Shown piece by piece: positions 28,397-39,288 of a stretch of DNA of 64,000 nt; position 1 is the stretch's first letter; the number at the start of each line of letters is the position of its first letter. Where the stretch lies: positions 705 through 64,704 of the forward strand of contig CAIJWE010000072.1 in assembly GCA_903824295.1 (NCBI GenBank). Reading direction: 5' to 3'. This stretch comes from an uncultured Chlorobiaceae bacterium (lineage in GTDB: Bacteria; Bacteroidota; Chlorobiia; Chlorobiales; Chlorobiaceae). The translations under genes and the position numbers were made by a program. The notes beneath the pieces are model-generated. The model had not been told where the DNA came from, searched no databases, and saw nothing but the letters and a program-made list of their open reading frames with translations.

Positions 28397-29221
28397 ATGC
28401 CCACAACAACCAGTTCCAATAGTGAGACCCCACTCAACACTGAAAGCGTAAAGGATTCTTCCCTGCCCCGCATCATCTTTTTGCACGGCTTTCTGGGCTC
28501 GGGGAGCGACTGGGCTCCAATGGCCCGGCAGCTTGAAAATGATTATTGCTGCATTCTGGTTGACTTGCCTGGGCACGGAGAGAGCGATATAGAAGCAAAC
28601 GGCAACCCTGACCTCTTTTTTACCGAAACTGTCGATGCGCTTGCGGAAGAACTGAGCCGCTCGGCAACTCCCGAACCCTGCTTTCTTGTCGGCTATTCGA
28701 TGGGCGGGCGTATCGCGCTCTCCCTGCTGCTGCGCCACCCGGAACTCTTTGCCAAAGCGATTATTGTCTCTGCCTCCCCCGGCCTCAGAACCGAAGAGGA
28801 GCGCCTCAACCGACGGGAAAGCGACGAAGGTATTGCACGAAAAATTGAAAAAAACTTTGAGGGATTCATTGATGCGTGGTATGAGCAGCCACTCTTTGCC
28901 ACACTCAAAAGTCACCCGATATTCAAAGAGGTTGAGGGTGAACGAAAAATCAATAATCCTGAAAATCTTGCCCTTGCTCTCAGGTTGCTCGGCACGGGTC
29001 GGCAGCCCTCTGCGTGGGATGAACTGCAAAAAAACAGGGTGCCGATACAATTTTTTGCAGGGGAAAAAGACCTGAAATTCGTTGAGATTGGGCGTCAAAT
29101 GGTTAATTTATGCACTGAATCAACGCTTGAGATTTTTCCCGGCTGCGGTCACACGCTGCACATTGAAAACCGGGAGCTGTTTCTTGACCGCCTGACACAA
29201 TTTTTCAACAAGCATCAATAA
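28397..29221 (+). CDS. menH: SHCHC synthase (alpha/beta hydrolase)
   Basis: 'FLHGFLGS', nucleophile elbow 'GYSMGGR', and its position immediately upstream of menB. Confidence 0.8.
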   Translation: MPTTTSSNSETPLNTESVKDSSLPRIIFLHGFLGSGSDWAPMARQLENDYCCILVDLPGHGESDIEANGNPDLFFTETVDALAEELSRSATPEPCFLVGYSMGGRIALSLLLRHPELFAKAIIVSASPGLRTEEERLNRRESDEGIARKIEKNFEGFIDAWYEQPLFATLKSHPIFKEVEGERKINNPENLALALRLLGTGRQPSAWDELQKNRVPIQFFAGEKDLKFVEIGRQMVNLCTESTLEIFPGCGHTLHIENRELFLDRLTQFFNKHQ

Positions 29222-29228
29222 TCCTGAT

Positions 29229-30050
29229 ATGAGCGCTGTAAACTGGATACCAGAAGGTGACTTTACCGACATCCTTTACCATAAAGCTGAAGGCATTGCC
29301 AAAATCACCATCAACCGCCCGGAAGTGCGCAATGCGTTCCGCCCGCAAACGGTTGACGAGATGATTGAGGCCCTTCAAGATGCAAGGAATGACAATGCAA
29401 TTGGTGTTATTATCCTCACGGGCCAGGGCGATCTGGCCTTCTGCTCGGGCGGCGACCAGAAAATCAGGGGTAACGCCGGTTATGCCGACGGCAAAGGGGT
29501 CAACAAGCTCAATGTCCTCGATTTTCAGCGCGATATCCGCACCTGCCCGAAACCGGTTATTGCCATGGTTGCCGGGTACTCCATCGGCGGCGGCCACGTG
29601 CTCCACATGCTCTGCGACCTCACCATTGCGGCTGAGAATGCCATCTTCGGCCAGACCGGCCCCAAGGTTGGTTCATTTGACGGAGGATGGGGTGCAAGCT
29701 ATATGGCACGGCTTGTCGGTCAGAAAAAGGCACGCGAAATATGGTTCCTCTGTCGCCAGTACAATGCTGCAGAAGCGCTTGCCATGGGGCTGGTGAACAC
29801 CGTTGTGCCGCTCGAACGGCTCGAAGAGGAGACCGTGCAGTGGTGCCGCGAAATTCTTGCCAACTCCCCGCTTGCCATCCGCTGCCTGAAGTCGGCTCTT
29901 AATGCCGATTGTGACGGTCAGTCTGGCCTGCAGGAACTTGCTGGCAATGCCACCATGCTCTATTATATGAGTGAAGAGGGTCAAGAGGGGCGCAACGCCT
30001 TTGTCGAAAAACGGAAGCCTGATTTCAGCAAATTTCCCAAAAGACCGTGA
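29229..30050 (+). CDS. menB: 1,4-dihydroxy-2-naphthoyl-CoA synthase
   Basis: Crotonase fold; '[12 protein letters not shown]','FCSGGDQK','[10 protein letters not shown]','[17 protein letters not shown]'. Confidence 0.92.
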   Translation: MSAVNWIPEGDFTDILYHKAEGIAKITINRPEVRNAFRPQTVDEMIEALQDARNDNAIGVIILTGQGDLAFCSGGDQKIRGNAGYADGKGVNKLNVLDFQRDIRTCPKPVIAMVAGYSIGGGHVLHMLCDLTIAAENAIFGQTGPKVGSFDGGWGASYMARLVGQKKAREIWFLCRQYNAAEALAMGLVNTVVPLERLEEETVQWCREILANSPLAIRCLKSALNADCDGQSGLQELAGNATMLYYMSEEGQEGRNAFVEKRKPDFSKFPKRP

Positions 30051-31120
30051 ACGCGGCGCATATCGTTCTCTACCGATATGCCATCCCCTTTACGGAGCCC
30101 GTCACCGTCAAGGGGCGGCGTCTTGTGCAACGGGAGGGCATTATCGTTGCACTGAAAAGTCAGGGAGAGCGGCATATCGGCTATGGTGAAATTGCTCCGC
30201 TTCCGGGTCTGCACCGGGAAGTGCTGCAATCAGCCGAAGCACAACTGGTAGAGCTGCTGGCAAAACACGATCTTGCCAATCCCAGCCTTTTGCTGGAAGG
30301 GCTCTACCCCTCGGTTCGTACCGGTCTGGAGATGGCGATGATCAACCTTGACGCAGCCATAGGGGGCACTCTTCCCGCTTTTGCAGATGCCGGGCCTGCC
30401 GCCCGCCAGGTACCAGTCAATGCTCTCCTCTTTGGCGATACAACGCTCGTCACACAGCGGGCAGAGGAGTATTTCACACTTGGATACCGCACCTTCAAGC
30501 TTAAAGTCACGGCAAGTGATACCGAGAGTGCCATCAGAAGCATCAGGGCACTGTACCGCACCTTCGGAGATCGTATTGAGCTACGGCTTGATGCTAACCA
30601 GTCGCTCACACTTGACGAAGCGCTCGATTTTGCGCAACACATTCCGCAAGGAAGCATCGCCTATATCGAAGAGCCACTGAAAAAGGCCGAGCTGATTAGC
30701 GAATTTTGGGCAAAAACAGCGATCCCCTCAGCACTCGACGAAACGCTCTGGCAAAAACCTGAACTGCTCTCTGAACTTCCTGAAGCATCACTTGCGGCGC
30801 TGATACTGAAGCCAAGCCGGTTGGGAGGTATTTCAACCGCACTGACCTTCGCCAGATATGCGAGAGAACACAATCTGCTTGCGGTTTTCAGCTCCGCGTT
30901 CGAAAGCGGCATCAGTCTGAGCTTTTACGCCTGGTTGGCAGCATCAACTGCCGTCAAACCAGCCGCCTGCGGGCTCGACACCTACCGTTATCTGAAGCAC
31001 GACCTGCTCGAAACAGCGTTTGGAGCTGAGAATGCTCTGCTTGATGCTCAAAAACTCTACGGAGAAGGGTTAAAGGTCAATCAAAGATGTCTCAAGCGTA
31101 CTTCAGTATGGACATTATAG
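30047..31120 (+). CDS. menC: o-succinylbenzoate synthase (enolase superfamily)
   Basis: 'FKLKV','LRLDANQS','YIEEP','LKPS' metal and acid-base motifs, plus men-operon context. Confidence 0.85.
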   Translation: MNAAHIVLYRYAIPFTEPVTVKGRRLVQREGIIVALKSQGERHIGYGEIAPLPGLHREVLQSAEAQLVELLAKHDLANPSLLLEGLYPSVRTGLEMAMINLDAAIGGTLPAFADAGPAARQVPVNALLFGDTTLVTQRAEEYFTLGYRTFKLKVTASDTESAIRSIRALYRTFGDRIELRLDANQSLTLDEALDFAQHIPQGSIAYIEEPLKKAELISEFWAKTAIPSALDETLWQKPELLSELPEASLAALILKPSRLGGISTALTFARYAREHNLLAVFSSAFESGISLSFYAWLAASTAVKPAACGLDTYRYLKHDLLETAFGAENALLDAQKLYGEGLKVNQRCLKRTSVWTL

Positions 31121-32592
31121 GGCCGGCGGCAACGCGATTCGGCAACGCGCCCATGCTGAGAATTGGTGGCAAAACGATCTCCTTCACTGAATGCGAGAGA
31201 GCAGCGCAAAAGATTGCAAAGAGCCTCGGACGAAAGGGAGTTCGTGCCGGAGATATTGTGGCAATTGCCGCGCCAAACAGCGGGGAGATGGTACTGCTTC
31301 TTCTCGGGCTGCTGAAAGCCGGCATGATTGCCGCGCCGCTCAACTACCGTTTTCCGGAACACCTGCTCAGCAAAACGCTGGAACGGCTGAATCCCCGTCT
31401 GGTGGTTACCTCCCATCACGAGCAATTCACCCGTTTCAGCACAGTAACACTTGCCTCACTTCTTGACTATCCGTCGCGCGGCACAGAACGCAGCAAAACC
31501 CTTGAGGAGAGCCCGACTGACGCACCTCCGGAGTCTGGAGCAGCGAACACAATGGATCGTTCCGTAACCATTATCCACACCTCCGCAAGCTCGGGGGAGG
31601 CAAAAGCGGCTCTGCACAGCTTTGCCAACCACTGGTATAACGCTCTCGGCTCGAATGAAAATATTGCGTTTGGTGCGGGTGACTGCTGGCTTCTTTCACT
31701 GCCGCTCTACCACATTGGCGGCTACTCACTCCTTTTCCGATCGCTCATCTCCGGCGGCGCACTTGCTCTCGCAGAACCGGATGAATCGCTCGGCCAATCG
31801 CTGCAAAACTTCCCGCTCACCCACCTCTCCCTTGTACCCACGCAGCTCTACCGTCTGCTTGATGACCAAAAGAGCACGGCCCTGCTCCGCCAGTTGAAGG
31901 TCGTTCTGCTCGGCGGAAGTGCCGCGCCAAAATCGCTGATTGAAGAGGCTATCCGCGAGGCTATCCCCCTCTACCTGAGTTACGGCTCAACCGAGATGGG
32001 ATCACAGATTGCAACCACTCCTGCACCGATAACCGCCACCGAGCAGAACAGCGGCCAACTCCTCCCCTACCGGGAGCTGAGTGTAGCAAAAGATGGAGAG
32101 TTGCTGGTCAAAGGGCCCTGTCTCTTTCAGGGATACTTGCGAGATGGCGTTATTCAGCCCCAAACCGACCGGGAGGGGTGGTTTCATACCGCCGACATCG
32201 GCACTTTATCAAAAAAAGGGGAGGTTACCGTACTTGGCCGCAAGGACAATATGTTCATCTCAGGAGGGGAAAACATCCACCCCGAAGAGATCGAAAGAGC
32301 ACTGATGATGGTTGAGGGTATTCTGGAAGCTCTGGTCATCGCGGCTCCTGATAAGGAATATGGCCATCGCCCCGTGGCCTTCATAAAAACCGCTGCTGCA
32401 GAAACACCTGATGACGCAACCGTCGTCGAGGCCATGCGCTCTATGGTTGGAAAACTGAAAAGCCCGACCAGTTACAGCCGGGTAAACGAGTGGACGACAC
32501 TGCCTGGCTCACAAAAGATCGACCGTAAATTTTACAACAAGCTGGTTCTTGACGGCTATTGGCCGCTCAGCCCCGTGCCGCCTGACGCTTAA
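31087..32592 (+). CDS. menE: o-succinylbenzoate-CoA ligase (AMP-binding)
   Basis: 'IIHTSASSGEAKA','SYGSTE','WFHTADIG','GGENIHPEEIE' adenylate-forming motifs. The start may be Met at 31108. Confidence 0.85.
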   Translation: MSQAYFSMDIIGPAATRFGNAPMLRIGGKTISFTECERAAQKIAKSLGRKGVRAGDIVAIAAPNSGEMVLLLLGLLKAGMIAAPLNYRFPEHLLSKTLERLNPRLVVTSHHEQFTRFSTVTLASLLDYPSRGTERSKTLEESPTDAPPESGAANTMDRSVTIIHTSASSGEAKAALHSFANHWYNALGSNENIAFGAGDCWLLSLPLYHIGGYSLLFRSLISGGALALAEPDESLGQSLQNFPLTHLSLVPTQLYRLLDDQKSTALLRQLKVVLLGGSAAPKSLIEEAIREAIPLYLSYGSTEMGSQIATTPAPITATEQNSGQLLPYRELSVAKDGELLVKGPCLFQGYLRDGVIQPQTDREGWFHTADIGTLSKKGEVTVLGRKDNMFISGGENIHPEEIERALMMVEGILEALVIAAPDKEYGHRPVAFIKTAAAETPDDATVVEAMRSMVGKLKSPTSYSRVNEWTTLPGSQKIDRKFYNKLVLDGYWPLSPVPPDA

Positions 32593-33112
32593 GCCTGCGC
32601 ACGGCATAGGCTCCACCAAGGCCGGCTATCAGTGCATAAAAAGCGCCAAAAACAACCGCGTTCATCAGCAGGTCGGTGAAGGTTAACTCTGCCGGTGCAA
32701 GAACAAGTTTTTTGGCCTCCACAAGCGTCCGCACCTGCTCCTGAAGCTCCGGTTTTCCCTTTGCTACATCGAGCATCCAGTCAATCACAAAGAGAAAGCT
32801 CTCCATTCCCGGTGTATAATTGATAACCTGAATGAGAAGAAAGCTGACAACTACGGAGAGGATACCTCCAACCAGACCGCTCGTACATCCCAGAACAAAG
32901 GCTTCACTGTAGGGCAATCTCACCTGGAAGCGCATGATGGTCTGATGAAGCGCAACCGCTCCAGCCACAAAAATGCCGACAGGAAGAAGAATATTGAGCA
33001 GGGTAAGGTAGGGTACCGTTGTTGTAACAAGAATAATGGCCGCACCCAGCAGAACAGCGAACCGTTTCCCCGCAAACGGCAAACGAGAATGAACCGGTTT
33101 TTCAGCAGGCAT
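32567..33112 (-). CDS. Multi-pass membrane protein (DUF4199-like?)
   Basis: 181 aa with 4-5 hydrophobic helices and no catalytic motif. Confidence 0.5.
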   Translation of the reverse strand: MPAEKPVHSRLPFAGKRFAVLLGAAIILVTTTVPYLTLLNILLPVGIFVAGAVALHQTIMRFQVRLPYSEAFVLGCTSGLVGGILSVVVSFLLIQVINYTPGMESFLFVIDWMLDVAKGKPELQEQVRTLVEAKKLVLAPAELTFTDLLMNAVVFGAFYALIAGLGGAYAVRRLKRQAARG

Positions 33113-33143
33113 ATCTTTCAGAGAAAATTTTATTCATGATGGG

Positions 33144-33668
33144 TTATTCAGTTTTTTTGTTCAATGATTCAAAAAACATTTTTCGCAAATTTTTATTGGG
33201 ACGAATATTTTGCGTTCCGCCATTTGTGGTATGAACTTGAATTTGCATTGTTGCGATATCTAACGGAGATTTGATGAAGTCTTTACAAAGGCCATTGATC
33301 CATGAGAATTTTTCATCCAAAGGAATACACCAATGACCTTGATCACCATCATTCAGTAACATTGGAATTTTATCTGAATAATTGTCTCGGTCAACAGGAA
33401 TGATTCCATAACGTCTTCTAAACAGGCCAATACGGATACCAATGTTATTAATTACAGTTCCACGGCTACCAATATTTGTGATATCTATAGACACAAGATT
33501 TTGCTTAAGCATTCCGCCGCCTAACCTAACCGTATATCCGCAATATCCTCTAAGTCTGACCCTTTGTGAGATTTTGGCTATATATAAAGCCACAATAGCC
33601 GCAGAAAGCGAACCAATACCGGAGACCCAATCGGCAACTGAGCCCCAATTGATAGTTGAGACATCCAT
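33144..33668 (-). CDS. Hypothetical protein, N-terminal TM helix
   Basis: 174-aa ORF in a visibly AT-richer stretch. TM segment 'WVSGIGSLSAAIVALYIA'. No recognisable family. Confidence 0.45.
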   Translation of the reverse strand: MDVSTINWGSVADWVSGIGSLSAAIVALYIAKISQRVRLRGYCGYTVRLGGGMLKQNLVSIDITNIGSRGTVINNIGIRIGLFRRRYGIIPVDRDNYSDKIPMLLNDGDQGHWCIPLDEKFSWINGLCKDFIKSPLDIATMQIQVHTTNGGTQNIRPNKNLRKMFFESLNKKTE

Positions 33669-33727
33669 ACAAATAACACAGTAAAAGAAAACCTATCACA
33701 TTGAAATAATATGCGGCATCCTGATCT

Positions 33728-34048
33728 CTAACTTGCCATCCAACCAATAATCCGCCCATGTCCCCACTGTATAAAAATCGAAAATACAACCAATAAAATC
33801 ACCGTGATGACTGCCTTACGAACTCCAGCGGCTCTCGATACTGTTGTAGCTTCGCTTGCATAAATACTCGGAGTTTCCTTGATTGCAGCCCACCAAAGAA
33901 AACCAGGTATAAGCAAAGAAAAAGGCCAAATGAAAAGTACGAGCACATATCCCGCCCATCCCCAAACGTCTTTCATTACTTTTACATAGGCAAGGGTCTG
34001 AATACCGCCTAAAAAGAATGCTCCGACAGTACCAAAGATGAGAAACAA
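33728..34048 (-). CDS. Hypothetical small membrane protein
   Basis: 106 aa with three hydrophobic, Trp-rich segments. No recognisable family. Confidence 0.4.
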   Translation of the reverse strand: MFLIFGTVGAFFLGGIQTLAYVKVMKDVWGWAGYVLVLFIWPFSLLIPGFLWWAAIKETPSIYASEATTVSRAAGVRKAVITVILLVVFSIFIQWGHGRIIGWMAS

Positions 34049-34156
34049 AAAAACAGGTATCGTGATTATAGATGCTGAACCTCAGGTAAACCACTAAGAA
34101 AGTGTTCTTGGATTTGTGTCAGTAGAAGCAATCATGGCGGAATAACACTGATAATT

Positions 34157-34300
34157 TTAGAAATCAATTGAGAGGCACACTTCTATCGCTTCAGATAAAT
34201 GAGACAACACCTCCTCATAGCTTTCGCCTTGAGTGGCGCACCCTGAAATAGCGGGGACTTATGCCCAATATCCACCCTCTTCAGCTTCATGAACAATCAC
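34157..34300 (-). pseudogene. HicB-like antitoxin relic with in-frame TAA
   Basis: Own translation: VIVHEAEEGGYWA*VPAISGCATQGESYEEVLSHLSEAIEVCLSIDF*. This matches the HicB/UPF0150 pattern 'EGGYxAxVPxxPGCxTQGxTxEE'. No ATG, and no hicA partner. Confidence 0.5.
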
Positions 34301-34321
34301 TTTCAGTTTTATGGGGTTAAG

Positions 34322-34540
34322 TCAGGCTTGCTTTTTCACCTTTTGCTGAGCCCGAATTTCAGCAAGAACATCGTCCAATGAGAGATGGTCGAAAAGTGCC
34401 GCTCGCTCCTCAGTATAATTTCCCGTGCCTGTAGAAAATTGACCAATAAAACGCATGGTGTCAGCAGAACCAATTTCTCTGGTAAGTACCCGGAGCGCCT
34501 GATTGGTTACTTCAGTTAAAGACTTTGCTGGAATATTCAT
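34322..34540 (-). CDS. Putative antitoxin partner of the upstream PIN protein
   Basis: 72-aa ORF overlapping the PIN gene stop by 4 nt. I could not assign a family. Confidence 0.45.
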   Translation of the reverse strand: MNIPAKSLTEVTNQALRVLTREIGSADTMRFIGQFSTGTGNYTEERAALFDHLSLDDVLAEIRAQQKVKKQA

Positions 34541-34977
34541 GGTTCGATTACCTCAATAAGTTCCAAAGGAGAAACAACCTTTGTTTGTTCTGTTTCAACT
34601 TGTTTTGCTCGCCGAAAAAAACGGTCATCACACGTGCAAAAATAAGTTGCATGAGCTTCTACCACACAAGCAAGATGCAAGGCATCCAATACATTAATCC
34701 CATTATGGACGTAGCCTTGAGCGCGTCGCTCTACCGAATCCCCAGCCTGAATAACCTGGCTACTTTTCAATAACGTTTGTAAAACAAAAGCTTTTCTTGC
34801 GGGATAAGGATTGTGATCAACTTCGTAACCCAATGCCACGGAATTGAGTAATTCGGCACTCCCTGATTCACACCAAGTAAGTATACCAAGTATAGCCTCA
34901 GCTTCCAAGTGAATGCGCAAATGTGTTTGATCGTCCATTGGACGCTGTAAACAGCACATGTCCAAATAAATTCGCAT
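34537..34977 (-). CDS. PIN-domain nuclease (VapC-like toxin)
   Basis: Acidic PIN residues in the expected order: 'IYLDM', 'EAEA', 'LDALHLA', 'CTCDDRF'. Confidence 0.65.
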   Translation of the reverse strand: MRIYLDMCCLQRPMDDQTHLRIHLEAEAILGILTWCESGSAELLNSVALGYEVDHNPYPARKAFVLQTLLKSSQVIQAGDSVERRAQGYVHNGINVLDALHLACVVEAHATYFCTCDDRFFRRAKQVETEQTKVVSPLELIEVIEP

Positions 34978-35044
34978 ACAAGTTGTTTACTTTACCAAGT
35001 CCAGTGATGTCCGAAAAAAAAAATCAAGTCATCAAAAGTCGATA

Positions 35045-35794
35045 TTACCCAGCAAACTTTTCATTCAAAAAATCATCCATCGTATAAAATCCCGGCGCAG
35101 TTTTGTGGCGCAGGGCGAGCCAGTTAGCCGCTTCAACGGCACCAGAGGCAAATCCGGAGCGGTTTTTGGCCGTGTGGGAGACCACAATTTCATCAGCTTC
35201 GGAATCAATGAAGGCGGAGTGCTTCCCGAACACAGAACCAAGGCGCAAAGAGGCCACCTGCAGCTCATCCGGCGCAAGCTTTTTATCATCGAAGAGTTGG
35301 CGCACAATACTCTTTTTCCGGCTGTTGGCCGCAAGAATCAGGTCAGCCGCCCGCAAAGCCGTACCGCTGGGAAAATCGGCCTTGGCGGTATGATGCTGTT
35401 CAGCAAAGGCAATATCGAACTGGCCGAAGGGTGCGATAAGGCGTGCAGCTTCACGCACTGTGCGCAAAAAGATGTTGACGCCGAGCGAAAAATTTGCCGA
35501 ATAAAGCAATGAGCTGCCGGCATCGGAGAGCATCGCTTTGACCTCCTGCTGCCGGTCATCCCAGCCGGTGGTACCCACAACAACGGGCACGCCCGATGCG
35601 AGCATGGCGGGGAGGTTGGCCAAAAATGCCTCTCTGACGGTAAAATCTATGATGGCATCGCTTCCCTGAAAAAGGTCAGGAGTGATGGCTGTATTGATAT
35701 CGAGCACGGCCGCCGTCTCGTGGCAGCCCGACCGGGCAATGACCAGAGCCACCTGCTGGCCCATTTTTCCGTTTCCAACAAGGGTAAACCTCAT
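35045..35794 (-). CDS. dapB: 4-hydroxy-tetrahydrodipicolinate reductase
   Basis: 'LVGNGKMGQ' NAD(P) fold; 'VVGTTGW','[15 protein letters not shown]' DapB signature. Confidence 0.9.
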   Translation of the reverse strand: MRFTLVGNGKMGQQVALVIARSGCHETAAVLDINTAITPDLFQGSDAIIDFTVREAFLANLPAMLASGVPVVVGTTGWDDRQQEVKAMLSDAGSSLLYSANFSLGVNIFLRTVREAARLIAPFGQFDIAFAEQHHTAKADFPSGTALRAADLILAANSRKKSIVRQLFDDKKLAPDELQVASLRLGSVFGKHSAFIDSEADEIVVSHTAKNRSGFASGAVEAANWLALRHKTAPGFYTMDDFLNEKFAG

Positions 35795-35856
35795 GATTAT
35801 TGTTTCTTGCTTATGTGTGGACTTTTATTTTCAACGCGGAAGCTTCTGTGGGGAGT

Positions 35857-36753
35857 TTACTCATGGCGCATCAGTTCGAGAAGCCTGTCGAGATCATCAT
35901 TAGAGAAGTACTGGATATGAATCTCTCCTTTGCCCCCCTTTTTTTCAACAATGCGAACCTTCGTTGCAAGGTTGTTTCTCAACATGCTCTCAAGCTCCGT
36001 CAAGTATGAAGAGCGCTCCGAAGATGCCGTCTGAAGGGGCTTTGACTGCTCCTTGAACATGCGACTCACCAGTGCCTCGGTCTGGCGAACGGAAAGCTGA
36101 TGGGAAAGAATCTGTTTCCACACCTTCAACTGCTGCTGTTCTCCGGGAAGGTTGACCAGTGCTCTCGCATGACCGGAAGAGATTTCGCGGCTTCTGATGC
36201 TGTCCTGAATCTGCAGCGGCAGTTTGAGGAGGCGGAGAAAATTGCTGACAGTGGAGCGGTTTTTGCCCACCTTTTGCGCAATCTCCTCCTGTGTCAGGTT
36301 ACACTTCGTTGTCAGGCTTTTAAGGGCGAGGGCAATTTCGATGGCATTGAGATCTTCGCGCTGGATATTCTCAATCAGCGCCAGTTCAAGCTTGGTTGAA
36401 TCATCATGCGCCTCAATGACGTAGGCTGGAATAAATTTGAACCCGGCAAGCGTGACCGCCCTGAGCCGCCGCTCTCCACTGATAAGCTGGTAGCCATCAC
36501 CATCCCGGCAAACCGTAACCGGCTGAATCACCCCATTTTCAAGAATGGAATTTTTCAGCTCCTCAAGAGCGGTTTCATCAAATTCCTTGCGGGGCTGAAA
36601 CGGATTTGCAATGATCTTCTCAATCGACAGACTGCCGATACTTCCAACCGGAGCAGGCTCCTCTGCCTCATCCTTCGAAACAGAAACAAATCCGTCGTCC
36701 TGAAAAAGTGCTTTCAGACCACGTCCCAATGCTTTTTTCGCCATATCACCCAT
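35857..36753 (-). CDS. parB: Chromosome partitioning protein ParB/Spo0J
   Basis: 'GRGLKALF','NPFQPRKEFD','ISGERRLRA','IENIQREDLN', plus an HTH. Confidence 0.92.
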   Translation of the reverse strand: MGDMAKKALGRGLKALFQDDGFVSVSKDEAEEPAPVGSIGSLSIEKIIANPFQPRKEFDETALEELKNSILENGVIQPVTVCRDGDGYQLISGERRLRAVTLAGFKFIPAYVIEAHDDSTKLELALIENIQREDLNAIEIALALKSLTTKCNLTQEEIAQKVGKNRSTVSNFLRLLKLPLQIQDSIRSREISSGHARALVNLPGEQQQLKVWKQILSHQLSVRQTEALVSRMFKEQSKPLQTASSERSSYLTELESMLRNNLATKVRIVEKKGGKGEIHIQYFSNDDLDRLLELMRHE

Positions 36754-36769
36754 CAGCTTACCCGGTCAG

Positions 36770-37567
36770 CTACGGCTGACGAACTTTAAATTTATCAATA
36801 TTGCCATCCCTTTCAAAAATCTCCTGGGCCAGATCAAGATAGTCTTTCGATCCTATACACTGTGCATCATAAAGCAAGGCTGGCTTGCCATGACTTGGCG
36901 CCTCGGAAAGCCGTACATTGCGGCGAATATAGGTTTTGTACACCTTCTCCTTGAAAAATTTCTTGACCTCCTCAGCAACCTGCGATGCCAGCCGGAGCCG
37001 CGCATCATACATGGTCACCAGAACCCCTTCGATCTCGAGCTTTGGATTGAGGTGCTTGCGAACGATACTGATGGTATTAAGCAGTTTTCCCAACCCCTCA
37101 AGCGCATAATATTCAGCCTGAACAGGAATCAGAACGGAATCTGCCGCCGTAAGTGAATTCAGGGTGATAAGACCGAGCGAGGGCGGACAGTCGATAATGA
37201 TGTAGTCGTAGAGGTCGCGGATACCCTTGAGCGCCTTCTGCATCACATACTCACGCTCTTTCATGTTCACCAGCTCAACCTCCATCCCGACAAGATTGAC
37301 ATTGGAAGGAAGCACATCAAGATACTCCAGACTGGATGATTTAATGGCATCCTGTATCTTGCCGCCCTTTACCATCACCTGGTAAAAGGTATTGTCGATC
37401 TCATCGCCAATTTCAAGGCCGAAACCAGAGGTCGCATTGGCTTGCGGATCGATATCGATCAGCAGCGTCCGGAACTCAGAGATGGCGATAGAGGCCGCTA
37501 TATTAACAGAAGTGGTTGTCTTTCCGACCCCCCCCTTCTGGTTTGCAATCGCAATAACTCTGCCCAT
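36770..37567 (-). CDS. parA: Chromosome partitioning ATPase ParA/Soj
   Basis: Deviant Walker A '[11 protein letters not shown]','IDCPPSLG'. Located upstream of parB. Confidence 0.92.
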   Translation of the reverse strand: MGRVIAIANQKGGVGKTTTSVNIAASIAISEFRTLLIDIDPQANATSGFGLEIGDEIDNTFYQVMVKGGKIQDAIKSSSLEYLDVLPSNVNLVGMEVELVNMKEREYVMQKALKGIRDLYDYIIIDCPPSLGLITLNSLTAADSVLIPVQAEYYALEGLGKLLNTISIVRKHLNPKLEIEGVLVTMYDARLRLASQVAEEVKKFFKEKVYKTYIRRNVRLSEAPSHGKPALLYDAQCIGSKDYLDLAQEIFERDGNIDKFKVRQP

Positions 37568-37896
37568 GTACTAACCAGGGAAATTTACAGCAGTTGAAGT
37601 TTAATCATGACTTACTACATTATAATACATACATGAACCATTACAAATTATAATTTTGCTGCGATGGAGCGGCTCAAAAAACAATATCTATGGCTATTGA
37701 CTCGCTGTGCAACGGAATCGATCTCTTCGATAAGAAGTTCTGTCATGATCAACAACGCCCAGGTATCGAAGGGTAAGGTTACATAAATGTTAAAAAAGCG
37801 GATCGTATTGGAAAGTTTCAAAAAATAACTCTTTTTGAGGCTGAGCCTCTCTCTGCAGAAAGCTGCCATAACCGATAGATTTAACCTGCTCCGCCC

Positions 37897-39279
37897 ATGC
37901 TCGGAACCTCACTCTTGCCGGAAATCAGGGAGCTGATTGAGCAGCGCAACTTCAGCGCCTTACAGCGTATTTTCAACGACTGGCTGCCGGTCGACCTCGC
38001 CGAACTTATTTCCGATCTTCCTGAAAACGAGCAGGCTGTCCTCTTCCGGCTGCTTCCAAAAGATCTGGCAACAGAAACCTTTGAATATCTTGATTTTGAC
38101 TCCCAGCAGAACCTGCTGACAGCGCTGACCAAAAAGCATGTCACCCAGATTCTCAACAGTATGTCGGCCGATGACCGTACGGCACTGCTTGAAGAGTTAC
38201 CAAGTACCGTGGTACAGGAGTTACTGAAACTGCTCTCCTTCAAAGAGTTCAAGATTGCAAAAACCCTGCTTGCCTACGCCGAAGGAAGCGTCGGACGACT
38301 CATGTCTCCCGACTACCTCAGCGTCAAGAAAGACTGGGACATCAATCAGGTGCTCGACTACATCCGCACCTACGGCCACGAGAGCGAAACCCTCAACGTC
38401 ATCTATGTTGTCGACGACAACGGCAAACTCAAGGGTGAACTGCTCGCAAGGGCACTCCTGCTCTCCCCGCCTGAAAAAAAGGTGAGTGAGATCATTGCTG
38501 AAGAGAAGATCATCACCCTCACGGCATCACAGGATCAGGCCGATGCTCTCGAAGCTTTCAAGCGTTACGACAGCATTGCGCTTCCGGTTGTCGACTCCAA
38601 CGGCTACCTGATCGGTGTTGTAACCGTTGACGACATGCTCGACGTCGCAGAAGAGGAGGAGACCGAAGACATACAGAAATTTGGCGGTATCGAAGCGCTT
38701 GAGGATCCCTACATTGATCTGCCAATACCCCAGTTGATCAAAAAACGTGCCGTCTGGCTGGTGATTCTCTTTGTCGGCGAAATGCTGACGGCCTCGGCGA
38801 TGGCATATTTTGAAGATGAAATGGCCAGAGCGATTGTGCTCGCGACCTTTATACCGCTCATCATTTCAAGTGGAGGTAATTCGGGCTCACAGGCAGCATC
38901 CCTTATTATCCGGTCACTCTCGCTTGGTGAGATAACCATCAGCGACTGGTGGAAGGTCATGCGCCGTGAACTTGCTTCCGGTTTGGCGCTTGGCTTAATT
39001 CTTGGCACTATTGGTGCATTCAGGGTCATTCTGTGGAGCATGGCCTTTGGCAAATACAGCACACAAACGCTCTACGTAGCGGCAACCATAGGCATTTCTC
39101 TTGTCGGTATTGTCCTGTTCGGAACGCTCACCGGCTCAATGCTTCCGTTGCTCCTGAAGCGGCTCGGCCTCGACCCGGCAGTCTCCTCAGCACCTTTTGT
39201 GGCAACACTTGTCGACGTCACCGGTATCGTTATCTACTTCAGCGTTGCATCGCTGATTCTGGGAGGAATTCTTCTCTGA
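37897..39279 (+). CDS. mgtE: Magnesium transporter MgtE
   Basis: MgtE N-domain, a CBS pair and a C-terminal 5-TM domain ('[13 protein letters not shown]','[18 protein letters not shown]'). Confidence 0.92.
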   Translation: MLGTSLLPEIRELIEQRNFSALQRIFNDWLPVDLAELISDLPENEQAVLFRLLPKDLATETFEYLDFDSQQNLLTALTKKHVTQILNSMSADDRTALLEELPSTVVQELLKLLSFKEFKIAKTLLAYAEGSVGRLMSPDYLSVKKDWDINQVLDYIRTYGHESETLNVIYVVDDNGKLKGELLARALLLSPPEKKVSEIIAEEKIITLTASQDQADALEAFKRYDSIALPVVDSNGYLIGVVTVDDMLDVAEEEETEDIQKFGGIEALEDPYIDLPIPQLIKKRAVWLVILFVGEMLTASAMAYFEDEMARAIVLATFIPLIISSGGNSGSQAASLIIRSLSLGEITISDWWKVMRRELASGLALGLILGTIGAFRVILWSMAFGKYSTQTLYVAATIGISLVGIVLFGTLTGSMLPLLLKRLGLDPAVSSAPFVATLVDVTGIVIYFSVASLILGGILL

Positions 39280-39288
39280 ACCATTAGC

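Noticed and set aside
28331-29098. 255-aa minus-strand ORF opposite menH
   Set aside because: It is antisense to menH, which has the alpha/beta-hydrolase motifs and operon context. The antisense product has no motifs.
37568-37896. M-box (Mg2+) riboswitch upstream of mgtE, and the 73-aa ORF at 37648-37869
   Set aside because: I could not find the conserved M-box segments in the 329-bp leader. The ORF has no motifs and sits in the divergent parA/mgtE promoter region.
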